Below are positions 50,974 to 64,000 of a stretch of 64,000 bases of DNA, one piece after another. Position numbers and translations under genes: made by a program. A model generated the notes under the pieces. That model did not search any database. It was given only the letters and a program-made list of their open reading frames with translations, and had not been told where the DNA came from. This DNA is from Octopus vulgaris (lineage: Eukaryota), in assembly GCA_951406725.2 (NCBI GenBank), contig OX597835.1:33914001-33978000 (forward strand), given 5' to 3'. Position 1 is the first letter of the stretch. Every line of letters begins with the position of its first letter.

Positions 50974-51265
50974 TACATACACACAGATATAAACATATAT
51001 TTCAACAGCGATTATGTAATCACAACGGTTATTTACTGAAACAAGCGTATGTTTTGCAAAGCATCGCATACCATACCTGTTTACCTGTTTACCTGTTTTC
51101 TGTATTTGTGAGTGTGTCTGTGTTTACATATATATATATACATATATATATACATATATATACATATACATATATATACATATATATGTATATATACATA
51201 TATATATATATACATATATATATACATATATATACATATATACATATATATATATACATATATAC

Positions 51266-51323
<58 letters not shown>

Positions 51324-51799
51324 GTATATATATACATATATATATATACATATACATATATACATATATATATATGTATATATATATATATGTATACACA
51401 CAAACACATACACACACACACGCATGCGTACATATATACATACATGCATACACATACCTACTGTTTATGCACTCCGATTTCTATTTGATGTTCCTCTTCC
51501 TTACAGAGTAGATCCCGCCAAATGGCAGCAACATTATAAGGATTTATTACCAAGAATTACATCGACATGGCAATTCGTAAGTATATTATTTCTGGATGAC
51601 GTCGTTGTTCTTGTTGACAAAGATGATGATGTTGTTGTTCTTGTTGTTGTTACCATGCTTCCCCAATTATAATTACCTTCTGCTCTTACGCTTCCTTCTC
51701 GTTTATTCCAATATTCTTCCAATATTTTTGAATCTTCTGCCAAAAATTCTTCTTCGGTAATTTTCTTCTATTTATTATATTTATATTTTTACTTTTCGT

Positions 51800-52380
51800 G
51801 CGGCGGCGGCGGCGGTGGTGACGGTGGTGGTGGTGGTGGTGATGATAGTGACGGTGATGGCGTTCTAAGTAATAGTAATGGTGGTGGCGGCGGCGGTGGT
51901 AGTTGTAGATGTTGTTGCTGTTGTTGTTCTTGTGGTGGTGGTGGTGGTGGTGTTGATGCCGGTAATGGTGGTGTGGTAGTGATGATTGTGGTGGTAGTTG
52001 TGATGTTTATAGCGGCGGCGCTGGTGGTGGTGCTGGTGGTGCTGGTGTTTATAGCGGCAGTGGTGGTGGTGGTGGTGGTGGTGGTGGTGGTAGTGGTGGT
52101 AGCAGCGGCGGCAGCGGCAATGGTGATCAAAGTGATGGTGATGGTGGTGGTGGTGGTGGTGCTGGTGCGGGTGGTGATAATAGTAGCGATGATGATAATG
52201 GTTGTGGTGATGGTTATGATGGTGGCGGTAGCGGTGACGGCGGCGGCGGTAGCGGTGACGGCGGCGGCGGTAGCGGTGACGGCGGCGGCGGTAGCGGTGA
52301 CGGCGGCGGCGGTGGCGTCATCGGTAATAATGATTGCGATGGTTGCAGTGGAAGCCGGAGGTGGTGGTGGTGATGGTAGC
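51800..52380. repeat. (GGT)/(GGC)-rich tract with a 21-bp minisatellite (GGTAGCGGTGACGGCGGCGGC x4)
   Basis: Direct reading. Confidence 0.9.
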
Positions 52381-53419
52381 GCTAATGGTTATTATTATTA
52401 CTTTTCTTCATCAATTTTCCTCATCTAAATCGTACAACATAATTTCTTCCACAATTCGTCGTCGCCTTTCTTCTTGTTGTTGTTTCCGTCATTATCACAG
52501 TTGTTGCTGTTGCTATTGTTTTCCGGTCATCGTTATTGTTGTTGTTGTTGTTGCTGTTGTTGTTGTTAATGTCCTTTCATTCGCTTCTCATTCGCCGCCA
52601 TCTTTCCTCTTTTCTTGGCGGCCATTTTCTTTCTCTCTAGTGTTAGTTTTCGTTTCATCTTCTTCCATTGCTTTTTGTTTATTTTATTTTCTTTATTCTT
52701 AGATCCTTTGGTAGTGATGTTGCGGCGGCGACGGTAGTGGTGGTGGTGGTGGTGGTGGTGGTGGTGGTGGTGGTGGTGGTGGTGGTGGTGGTGGCGCTGG
52801 TGGCGGTTACGGTGGGGATGATTGTAGTCGTGTTAATGGTGATCATAGTATTGGTGGTAGTGATGGTGGTCTTCGTTGTAGTACTGATGGTGGTGGTGGT
52901 GGTGGTGGTATTTGGGCAGAGCCCCAATAATTACAGGTATAAACCCGAACTTGTAATCTGAATAGTGTAGCTGTACATTCCTTAAGTAGTGGTGGTGGTA
53001 GTGGTGGTGGTGGTGGTGGTGGTGGTATTGGTGGTGGTAGTATTTAGGCAGTGCCCCAATAATTACAGGTATAAACCCGAACTTGTAATCTGGATAGTGT
53101 AGCTGTACATTCCTCAAGTGGTGGTGGTGGTCGTCGTCGTCGTGGTGGTCGTGGTAGCGAATGGGTGAACGGATGGATTGCTGTTATTGTTCTTGCTATC
53201 ATTGTCGGTGGTCTCTCATCATTTTCTTCGTTTTCATCTTCTCAGTTCTCGAAACTTCTATTTTTTTTTGTTTTGTTTTTTTTTTCTTCCAGTTATTCTT
53301 GATTTTGCTCTATAATCTTCTAAATAAACATTTTCACACTGGACACCCCAGATTTCAAGACAACAGTACGTAGGTCAGTATAGCACTACCCGTCTATCTG
53401 TCTGTCTGTCTTCTGTGCA

Positions 53420-54035
53420 TGTATGTCATTATTCAGTTTTATTTCAAGATTTCTTGCCAATAGAGCAAGAACTAGTTTCTAACCTAGATCCAAGGCTCTT
53501 TCATTGAAATTTCAACAATAGGGTATTTTTGTATGTATGTATCCATGCAGATGTGCATGTTATTTTTAATGTATGTATTCTTATGCATATAGTTGCATGT
53601 CTAGACATGTTTATATATGTTTCTTTACTACCCACAAAGGGCTAAACATAGAGGGGACAAACAAGAACAGACAAACGAATTTAAGCCGATTATATCGACC
53701 CCAGTGCGTAACTGGTACTTAATTTATCGATCCCGAAAGGATGAAAGGCAAAGTCGACCTCGGCGGAATTTGAACTCGGAACGTAACGGTAGACGAAATA
53801 CGGCTACGCATTTCGCCCGGCGTGCTAACCGTTCTGCCAGCTCGCCGCCTTATATGTTTATATATACTTAAATGATAGACTTCTGGAAAGTTTTACAGAT
53901 TTTTACAGTTCCGGTGATGGCTTGAATCTTTAGTCTTCGAATCAGCTTTCTCCTCTCTGGTTTTGAGAAGCCTAATTTCTCAAGGTTGGCATTTAGGCAG
54001 TGCCCCAATAATTACAGGTATAAACCCAAACCTGT
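53420..54035 (-). mobile_element. R4/Dong-like 3' end interrupted by SINE B (53620-53849)
   Basis: FGFIPVIIGAL..NLEKLGFSK..GTVKICKTFQKS plus 3' UTR shared with 47430-47480; SINE TSD ATGTTTATATA. Confidence 0.7.
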
Positions 54036-54296
54036 AAAGATAGAGAAAGTGAGAGAAAGAGAGGAGAGAAATCACACATAGCAACATAACTAGTTGCTCA
54101 AGGACATAAACGAAGAGACAGAGACGGGGAGAGAGAAAGACAGAGACAGAGAGAGAAACAGAGATAGACAGAGAGACAGAGACAGTGACAGAGAGAAACA
54201 GAGACAGTGAGCTTGCAAGTCCTTAATCACAGTTGGCATAAACACTTTCCCTCTCCTCGTACATATAAGAGAAATATGTTCTCACAGAGAGAGAAA

Positions 54297-54335
<39 letters not shown>

Positions 54336-55317
54336 TGAGGGAAAGAGAGACGGTGAGAGTGACAGAGAGGGCGAGAGAAAGAAAGAGGGAGAGATAGCCA
54401 TTACAATTTATTAATTGAACACGAGTGACAAACACTTTCCTTCCTCTCATGCGCCTAAAGAGACATTTGCTTACAGATATAAGCAGAGAGAGAGAGGGGG
54501 TAAGGAAAGAGAGAAGAGAAAGAGAGAGAGAGGGGGTAGGAAAGATAGAAGAGAAGGGGAGAAAGAGGGGGAAAGAAAAAGATAAGAGAGAGAAAGAAAG
54601 AGGGTGAGGGGGGAAAGAGAAGAGGGAGAGAACGAAAGAAACATTAAAACATCTGATGTCAAATAAGCCAGCGTTGAATCAGCGACGCCAAAGGAGAGGC
54701 GCCGCCAAAACGTTTCACACACCTCCAAAGAGAGAATGCAAAGATATTGAAATACACTTATTGAAACATCGGTTTTTGTGGACAAAATGTCTGTATAACA
54801 CCACTGCCGTTTATATGAGAGTTTTGTATGAAATAACCAGCGGCAAAATGCAATATTTAATAGCTAATATAGTAAATGTTTTATATGAGTAAGCAAGGTC
54901 AGCGAATGTTAAGGTGAAATCTATGTAAGAAGTTATACCTGATTCAAAATATGAAGCGATAGCATGAAGTCGTGATTTTAAGAGACAAATGCTTGGTAAT
55001 TAGATAAGCATATCTATAAATGTAATAATTAACAAAGGATATAATTATTGTATTCGTAGCTTTCTCTTTCAGATCATAGATATTCATTAGATGAAATAAT
55101 TACTTTTAATTTCCGGGTTTAGTTTCTAATTGTTGAATAATGTAGGACACCTACCACCTTCGTTTTATTGCCTGGTTCAGATATTATACCATTTACTTCC
55201 TGTAAATATAAAGACTGCTTGAATATACCGCCATGATACACATCCATAGAACCTCTTACGTGGAAAAAGCGAAATACTTAGAAAGAGAACATCTCTCTCT
55301 TTTTACAATATTATTTT

Positions 55318-55718
55318 TTTTTCAGTCATTTGACTGTGGCCATGCTGGAGCACCGCCTTTAGTCGAGCAACTCGACCCCGGGACTTATTCTTTTGTAAGC
55401 CCAGTACTTATTCTATCGGTCTCTTTTGCCGAACCGCTAAGTTACGGGGACATAAACACACCAGCATCGGTTGTCAAGCAATGCTAGGGGGACAAACACA
55501 GACACACAAACACACATATACATATACATATATATATATATATACATATATACGACGGGCTTCTTTTCAGTGTCCGTCTACCAAATCCTCTCACAAGGCT
55601 TTGGTCGGCCCGAGGCTATAGTAGAAGACACTTGCCCAAGGTGCCACGCAGTGGTACTGAACCCGGAACCATCTGGTTTGTAAGCAAGCTACTTACCACA
55701 CAGCCGCTCTTACGCCTA
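55318..55718 (-). mobile_element. SINE family A
   Basis: Matches family A. Confidence 0.9.
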
Positions 55719-56266
55719 TGGAGAATTAATGAGAAACTTCCAGCTCTTACGTCTGAGATATTTGATTTTCATTTCCACCAACAATCATTGGTGCACTGGG
55801 TTACGTAACCATAGATTTGACTAAAAGACTTGAAATATCAGGAATTCTTTATCAAGAAAAAAATGAAACGAAAGACTAAAGCAAACTGATTCGCATTCTC
55901 TAAATGCCATCGATTAATGGTAGAGTGAAAACTGTGTAGAACGTTCCAGGAATTCTCCATTTGAGGTTACTAGACAAACATATGCACACAATCACGTGTG
56001 CATATAGAATACACACATGTACACATAAACAGAAATGAAATATACACATTCATGCGCACTAAAGTGACACGCGCACATACGTACACGTACTATACGAGAG
56101 CGCATGCGCATACGCACACACAACCAATTTACATATTCACAAACCACAAGTACTGTTTTCACTTACACAAGAGCCTTGTCACTTTGTATGCGACTGGCCT
56201 TGAATTCTGCAAAGTATAAATCAAAGAAAAATATACATATATATTTACAAATGTATATATACATAC

Positions 56267-56322
<56 letters not shown>

Positions 56323-56408
56323 ATAAAAAATATATATAAAAATACAAAATCGGACAAGAACGCAAAACATTCAAATAGACGACGCAAAAAAACGGACGGG
56401 TCATTCGA

Positions 56409-56484
56409 AGCCTCTAATCTTCAGTCAAGAACCGGATCATCCTCGCAATTTCGGCCGATTAATCTGGAGATCGCTCCGATCCGG
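56409..56484 (-). ncRNA. Rearranged hammerhead ribozyme, family 2 copy 3, in element 56340-56650
   Basis: Minus strand: CCGGATC..GCGATC^TCCAGA-TTAATC-GGCC-GAAATTGC..GATCCGG-T-TCTTGA-CTGAAGA-TTAGA-GGCT. Confidence 0.7.
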
Positions 56485-57024
56485 CCAGCCCCAAGGAAAA
56501 ACTAAGCTACAAATATTAGATTTCTTGGAAAAAGGATCGAATGTATACGAAGCAAAGACAGAAAAACGGACGATGCCACACGAATATAAATACACAATAA
56601 TAATAATAACAGGACAAAAACAACAGGTGTCTTTCAACTTTAGACAGTTCAACTTAGCTTAGTTGATGTATAGGGAAAGTCTACGAAAAAAACAAAAGAC
56701 GAAGCTAGGTGGTGTACAAAATAAACAGATGTATTAGTATAGCGCTCAGGAACTGAAAAAGTCTTACGTTTTGAGCCTACGCTCTTCTACAGAAAGGGAC
56801 ACAGAAAAAACAAGGACAGAAAAAATGTGTGTAGTGGCTAACGATCTATCATGGCGACTGACTCGGACAGAAGGGTCACACACGAGAGGGAAAGTAGGGG
56901 AGATAACAAAGTAAAGATGACCCCCAACACGAAGAGAGAGAGAGATGGAGGAAGAGAGAGAGAGAAGAAAAAAGAAAACTCAGAAAACACAACACCTAAT
57001 AACCTAACGGTGTATCTTTTCTAT

Positions 57025-57105
57025 CCCTCTGATGAGATTTTGCCTAATACAAAGATGTAATTATTGTAATTTAATCTTTAGGCAAAATTGAAACAGCTGT
57101 AAGAG
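57025..57105 (+). ncRNA. Type I hammerhead ribozyme
   Basis: CCCT-CTGATGA-GATTTTGCCTAA...TTAGGCAAAATT-GAAAC-AGCT-GTA^AGAG; 12-bp stem II base, canonical core. Confidence 0.85.
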
Positions 57106-57379
57106 AATGCGTTGGATTTTTGCAGTTAATCAATTATGTTAATGCTACACCTTCATTTTCACTATTTTCTTTTGAATATTTATAAACCAAGGTTTATATT
57201 TAGACCTATTATTTTATGAATATCACTGTTCACAAAAAATACTAGGCAATGAACCAGTAATTCATTGGATAATTTTATCCCTTAATGAGGCTATTTTAAC
57301 CTTTAAATGTGTGGGGGTGTATGTGTATTGCGACCATCGATGAGGTAGCATGTTCTCTGTAAATTATTTGTGGTTCTGC

Positions 57380-58318
57380 AATTGAAACCATCTACGACAA
57401 GCTTCGCTTCCATATACTCTGTGCGAAATGGATGCCGTGAGATCTTACCGAAGCGCGTAAGTTCAGTCGTGTGAAGATCTACCAAAGCTTACTCGACCGC
57501 TCTAAACGATGAAGGTGAAACTTTTTTGAAGAATAGTTACAGATGAGTATGGAACGGAAACATGAGGAATCGCTAGCGAAAAAGAAATCCAAAATTCAGC
57601 CTACCGCAGAAAGAGTGGTGCTAACCGTTTTGGGAGATGCAAAAAAGCCTATACTGGAACCTTACCTGAAAAGGGGGTTTACAGTCACCAGTGGAATATT
57701 GGCCTACGAAGTGAAACCAGCAATTGGTACCGAAGTTTGGAGATACGACTGTGGTGTGCTTCTGTCGGGTCGACAAAGCTTAGGGAGGAGGTAGTGTTAC
57801 GGAGGTAAATTAACAGGAGAACATTGTGCCCTAGTTCCGTTGGTTGGAGTTGAACCGGCGCTCCAGTTGTTCAGGACGACGAAAAAATATCTCCTTTGTC
57901 CTGTCAACGGCCACGGTAAATAATGAGCTTAGGAAGCGATATCTGATCCCTACACGGTCAAGGAAAGTTGATAAAAAAATTAAAATGCCACCCTTTAAAA
58001 AGGCGAGGTCTATTATCAGATTGAGTATTATAATTGCATTACAATGCATGCCTCATATGGCTGCTCACACCGTTCAAACCATTGAAAAATTGGGTTTTCA
58101 GTTGGTGAAACAGCCGGCACTCAGTCCAGATTTCATCACTTCTATCACCTCTTTGAACCGCCTAAGCATTCTTTATGCAGTCATCAAATTGTTACAGACA
58201 AAGAAACCCAGGAAGCGATGCATGAATGTTTGCGCAACCAGCTGAAAACCTTGAATGAAATAAGCAAGCTTGTGAGCCACTGGGAAAAAATGCATCGAAA
58301 AGCAAGGAGACCATTTCA
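57380..58318 (+). mobile_element. Decayed mariner transposase
   Basis: KKKSKIQPTAERVVLTVLGD (K.MLTVFWD motif) and PHMAAHT..TIEKLGFQLV.QPALSPD. Confidence 0.75.
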
Positions 58319-58612
58319 TACACACGCACACACACATATAATGTGTGTATGTCTTTGTGTCTGGGTTTGTCTTCCTACCATCGCAAAACACTGAATGAAA
58401 AATTCCATGATAGAATGAAAGATATGAATCAGTGCAGATGGTAGACTCACTTAACACCTACTGCAAGAGGCACCCATCTTTGTCACACTTATGCAAATTA
58501 GTACACGTAACTAAAGAGAATGAAAAGCCACATCCACACTGTTCATCTTTAAGAGAACAATGGAGCGATAGCATTGCACAAAATCGCGTTGCAGCCATTA
58601 AGTGTGTATATA

Positions 58613-59522
58613 AAGTAATGTCTCACTTTACGAGAAGCGGCTTTACGAGACACCGAGTTTACGAGTTTTATTTTTCAAACACAAGATCCGGATTTTGAAA
58701 GAAGTACAAAAGTTCCTACCACCATGACAAATGCTTCTGCGAGTTAGCGAGAAATTTATAAAGAGCGAAAAATGCTTCTTCTAAGCAAACAACTCTAGAC
58801 GAACGTGTATAAACAGGAAATACAAATATTACAGGCACTCCCCCCCCCCACACACACACACTAACTAAACATAGACACACATAGAGGTATACGCATGCGC
58901 AAATGAAGACACATACAATAGGAATACAAAATACAAAATGGCTGACCGTTAGGAAGGAGAGACACACAAATAAGAAAAAAGAAAGCAAAGGACCACTGAT
59001 GCGGTCACAGAAGTGTGACGACAGAACTCTGGCCGAAATAAGATTAAGATTAATGTAAAAAATAAATAACGCTGAAGTAAATTAACACCAAATATATAGT
59101 ACGTGTGTTTTTATTGGCTAAACTGGCAAAACGACCATTCCTAAATACAACAACTCTCGACTTTTTTTTAAAAAAGAAATGTACAACTCCGTCTACGAGT
59201 GCTTGTGAATCGCCGATCGCATCTACAAGTGACGGTGTGTGAGAGTCTAGTGGGAGTGAAAATGATTCACAAATGATTTAATAATATTTTTTATTATAAA
59301 TAATCTTGACATTCTCTTTAATTTACATCAAATATTCTTTACATTTTATTGTTGTTTTATTGTCATTTATTTACGAGTATCATCAATTTTATAGGAACAA
59401 TATTTCTCTGAGAACAAATTACGATTTATAACATTGCTACCATGGGAAATTATTGCTCTGTTTTACGAGTTTTCGCTATACGAACGGGAAAATAATTAAA
59501 CTCGTATATTGAGGCATTACTG
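58613..59522. mobile_element. Tigger/pogo-like non-autonomous element
   Basis: TIR (C)AGTAATG(C/T)CTCA.T.TACGAG at both ends, TA flanks, subterminal TTTACGAG repeats. Confidence 0.65.
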
Positions 59523-59549
59523 TATATATATGTATATATATATATATAT

Positions 59550-59961
59550 GGATCTTTTTGGTTTGAACGGCAGTTTTTACTAGCGGTGTCATATGAAATT
59601 GTCACCCATAATTATGACCCTAGTATCGATCTATTGCATTTCAATCTCTTTTAGGGTTGAGTTAGGGGTGGTGGGAAGGGTATCTTTTTTTCTTTACAAA
59701 GGTAAATAAACCCAATCTGTTTCTTAAACGAGGAACATATTCATACGGCACAGAATGCTTTTTAATTCAACAGACACCACTGATTGGTTGAAATTGCAGA
59801 AATTGAAGAAAAAAACAATATCTTACAAAGTATAGAATTTTCTCAATAAAGCCAAGAGAAAAAGATGATTTATAAACACATTCTACCAGTATACGAAGTT
59901 TAAAAGTGTTTAGTTACGTGGAAATTATTTTTAAAAACTGCCGTTTAAACCGAAAAGATAC
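59550..59961 (-). mobile_element. Merlin-like MITE copy 4
   Basis: Reverse-orientation match to copies 1-3; TTAGGG repeats at about 59651-59667; inserted in (TA)n. Confidence 0.85.
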
Positions 59962-60005
<44 letters not shown>

Positions 60006-60269
60006 ATGCAAGCATGTGTGCGTGTATGTATGTATATACTATACATGCATGCATGTATGTATGTATAACATTATATAGTAAAGCATAATATGACATGCTT
60101 ATGCCGATAGGAGATATTAGCAGAGCAACGTGAATAGCACAACCAGCGAAGTACATTAAAATAGCTTAACACGAGAGATATTTAAAATACGTCGGCTTAA
60201 CTGTACGAATGTATTTTATCCGGATTTCTTTGCAGCTCATAAAGGATTAAAGCGGTGCACACACACACA

Positions 60270-60348
<79 letters not shown>

Positions 60349-60530
60349 ACACTCACTTAAATATATAGATTTTTTGTTTGTTTTCTTCTACCCACAAATC
60401 TTAATCGGAAATTTTCCCCCAAAATGTACTTTCGATATAGTTTTGCATGTTGACGAAAATTTTGAATATAATCCATTGAGAATCGAAAAATCTTCAAGTG
60501 GTTGGGGAAAAAAACGATATTAATCCCTAA

Positions 60531-60608
<78 letters not shown>

Positions 60609-60643
60609 GCATACACACCCACACATACATATACGTATAAATG

Positions 60644-60717
<74 letters not shown>

Positions 60718-60718
<1 letters not shown>

Positions 60719-63700
60719 CTTTCTTTTATTAGCCACACAGGGCTGAATACAGAGGGGACAAATACAAATGCAGAACTTTTCTTTTCGAGGGTGGAAAAAA
60801 AGAAAAGAAATCGTGTATCACAGAAATAATGATAAAAACATTGATAAAACAAGATTAGGTTCATCCGTGGGAAGAAAAGCCTACAGAAAAGACCACGGGA
60901 ACCTCAGTTAGGGAGGAAATAACCACATGAGATCAAAATGCTCTCTTTCTTTCTTGTTTACGATCTACAGGATCATGCTCAAAATGGTTTCGTTACTCGC
61001 ACGCACCATCTTTGCAACATTCACCCATCTTTTTTTGAATCTTTCGCGAGACAAAACTTCCCTCTCCATTCTCACCTTCCTTTTCAAGTGGTACATGAAA
61101 AAGTTGATGAGCGATTGGCCAGAGAGGTAAGTGTTTGTCTCTAATCCTTTCGCTCGGGTCCACCACACACATTCTTTCACCATGGCCATCAGTACGATGA
61201 AAACTGCCTTGCCTTCCCGGTTGAGGTAAGGAGGCGGAGCAATTCGCACGATAGACTCGGCCGATAGGCGGATTCGTCCCACACGTGACAGCAGCCGTTC
61301 GGCATAAGCCCACAGGTCTGAAATGGTTGGACATTGCACGAGTGCGTGCAGAACGGTTTCGTCGCTCTGACCGCATCTCGGGCAAGTCGGTCCAGTGTGC
61401 CTGGAATCGTGTCTGCAGAGCTTATCCCAAACAGGTAATGCTTCTCGATAGCACTGCCAGGCCAGGGATCTTTGGTGATTGTTCATAGGTCCCGGCCCGA
61501 AAGTTGTCCTGAACAGGCGGGTCAGGTGTTCCTCGTCGACGCCCAGACTCTGCCCGAGTTCGTCGTCGCACCTCCCCTCCACTAATCCTCTATAGAATGC
61601 CTTTGTTGTGATGGAGTCGCACAAGTTCGATCCCGGACGGCAGAGTTGCTTGAGAGCAACGCGACACTCGCGGTGCCATTCGCCTAGCCTCGGTCTCTGC
61701 TTGATCCATGACTGTAGTTCGTCCAAGGAGACGAGCTGCGGGAAAGCGCGCCGCACAAAAGGCGACCACACCTGTTCACCGTTGTCTATGAAGCACCGGA
61801 GATGTCGCAGTCTCAGCGCATGTCTGCGCATCATCAACCACGGCATGCCCAGCCCTCCATTTAGCGGGTGTTGACAGCAAATGGATCGCCTAACCATCGG
61901 AACGTTTCCCTTCCACAAAAAGCGGAAGAGTATACGTTCCAGTTTGGTGATGGTAGGGTCGGGACAAGGCACGACGGTCAGACGATACTCGATGACGGAT
62001 GCGATGTACGCGTTCGCTACCTCCGCCCGACCTTTTAGGGATAGCTTTCTCTCAGCCCATTTCTGGGTGAGAGTAGCCACCCTAGTCGTTATCTCGCCCC
62101 AGTTCTTCTCCATTTGGAGGTCCGGACCGAACCAGACCCCGAGCAATTTAACCGGTCCGTCCGTCCAGCGTCCCACGATGGAGACGCTGTTGGACGGCAT
62201 GGGCCTACTTCTCCAGGTGCCTAGCCGCAAGCCCACTGACTTTTCCCGGTTAATTTTTGCTCCCGTTACCGCTTCGTATTCTTTTAGTGTCTCGCCGACC
62301 AGCTCGATGTGCTCGTAGCTCGACACTATGACGGTGACGTCATCCGCGTATGCAGACACGCTCCTCCCGCATCCCAGCTCTCGTGGGATGTCCCTCAGCG
62401 TCGCCAGTTCCGCAGTAGTAGCTCAAGAGTCAATACATACAGCAGCGATGAGAGGGGGCATCCCTGACGAACCGAACGCATGATGTTAAAAGGTCTGGAT
62501 AGATGACCATTTACGCGAACTACTGAGCGGATGCCGCTGTATAAGGCAGCGATCCAACCGCGGAAAACTGGACCGAAATCAGCCGCTTTAAGGACAGCCT
62601 CCAAGTAGTGATGGTCTACCCTATCGAAAGCTTTTGATTGATCCAAATTGATCCGCGCCCCACCCATGCCAGGATTCTTAACTACCCTGTCTATGATGTA
62701 GCGCATCAGATGGAGGTTGTCATGAATACTTCTACCCGGCACAGCGCATGTTTGCGCCTTGTCGATTAGTTTCTTGATGACAAGAGCCAACCTCTCGGCT
62801 AACACCTTGGCCAAAATTTTCAAATCTGCGTTGAGCAGAGTGATGGGCCTGAAATTATCTATGACGTCCCCCTTGTTTGGGTCTTTCTTAATCAGTGCCA
62901 CTGCTCCTCGCTTTACAAAAGCAGGAATACTCCCGTTTTGCTGCCAGTTGCAGTAGACAGCTGCCAAGACGCCTCCAAACAAGTCTGGCATATGAAAATA
63001 AAGTTCGTAGGGCAGACCATCCAAGCCTGGTGACTTGTCTCTCGCGCAGCCTACCATCGCATCCTGTACGTCCGCAGCTGTGATAGGCCTTTCACAAGAC
63101 TCCACCTCTCTTGCTGAGAGTCGTGGCAAGGCATGCAGGTAGGCACTAAAGTCCACTCTGCGTTCTGACCCACCACTTGTCCCAAACAGTTGGGTGAAGT
63201 GTTGTTGAAAAGCCCCACACATCCTTTTAGGCTCGAGCAATTCGCGCCCCTGTTCATCTATAAGAGACTTGATGGTGGCTCTGTTGCCTCGTTGCGTCTC
63301 CACCACTCGGGCCTCTTGGGCGGCTCCAACTCCTTCGTTCCTCAGAGCCCGCATTCTAGCTCTGACAACGCATCCTTCGTGTTTGGCGTTGAGGTGTTGG
63401 TCGAGGGCCAATCTCGCCGCCAGCACGTTGGACGCGATGCCAGGTCTAAGTGCCTCTCCTAAAACCCTAACTAATTCTCCCTCTATTCTATTTCGGTCTA
63501 ATGCTAGGGCTTTACTGTATCTGACTGATTCTGCTTTAATTGCTTTTTTTAGGGCATACCACCATCTGTTGTTGATGATGGTACCCGTCAAAGCTCTCTT
63601 AACTAATGTGCTGATCCGGTCCCTGTAAACCTGTCGTGCTGTAAAAGACGCGTTCAGTTTCGAGTAACCAGGACCCTGCCTATGTGTCTTATCTAAGTCA

Positions 63701-64000
63701 AGTGTACAAGTTACAAACTTGTGATCTGTGTAACTGACTATATGAAATTGTGGACAACCTACACTATTTTTATCTATTGTCCTACAGAATACTCTATCTA
63801 AGTATGATCTGGACGACCCGATGCGGTTACTCCATGTCCACATTGGCACATTCGGGTGGTCCAGTCGGTACCTGTCAGACAGTTGGAAACGTCTGAGCAG
63901 GTCTTTGAGGCATTTGCATCCCCTTCTATTGCTATCTCTACCCACGTAGTCTACATGCGTGTCCAGGGTGGCATTCCAATCCCCCACGAAAAGTAAAGGA
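60718..64000 (-). mobile_element. L1/Tx1-clade LINE, continues beyond the window; 3' end abuts (TATC)n at 60645-60717
   Basis: APE-RT-CCHC ORF2, 3' UTR with AATAAA. Confidence 0.93.
60965..63987 (-). pseudogene. Tx1-type ORF2 with a single 1-nt frameshift near 62408
   Basis: GDWN, YLDR, TDH; SPGLDGLPYELY, FRPITLLNADLKIL, DQSKAFDRVDH, VRQGCPLS, AYADD; CPRC...ETVLHALVQC. Confidence 0.93.

Overview
AT-rich, microsatellite-saturated eukaryotic non-coding DNA. It is most likely from an octopus (coleoid cephalopod); this is inferred from the SINE families and simple-repeat load. No host protein-coding exon can be supported, and almost all ORFs in the track are translations of simple repeats. The real coding sequence is transposon-derived: a near full-length CR1-group LINE (38992-43740, -), an L1/Tx1-type LINE running off the right edge (60718-64000, -), a Tc1 element with nested insertions, and hAT, mariner, RTE and R4-like remnants. 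Also present are about 25 SINE copies of three families, four copies of a Merlin-like MITE carrying telomeric repeats, and a U6 pseudogene. The most notable signal is a dense population of hammerhead ribozyme (HHR) elements, mostly beside (TA)n tracts. These comprise (i) a 3.1 x 533-bp tandem array with one complete type I HHR per unit (retrozyme-like); (ii) four HHRs in two unrelated families whose three strands are in a non-circularly permuted order, with compensatory base changes; (iii) about ten dispersed type I HHRs; and (iv) a second, covarying, unnamed RNA structure near the 3' ends of these elements. All structures were folded by eye, and none has been computed or assayed.
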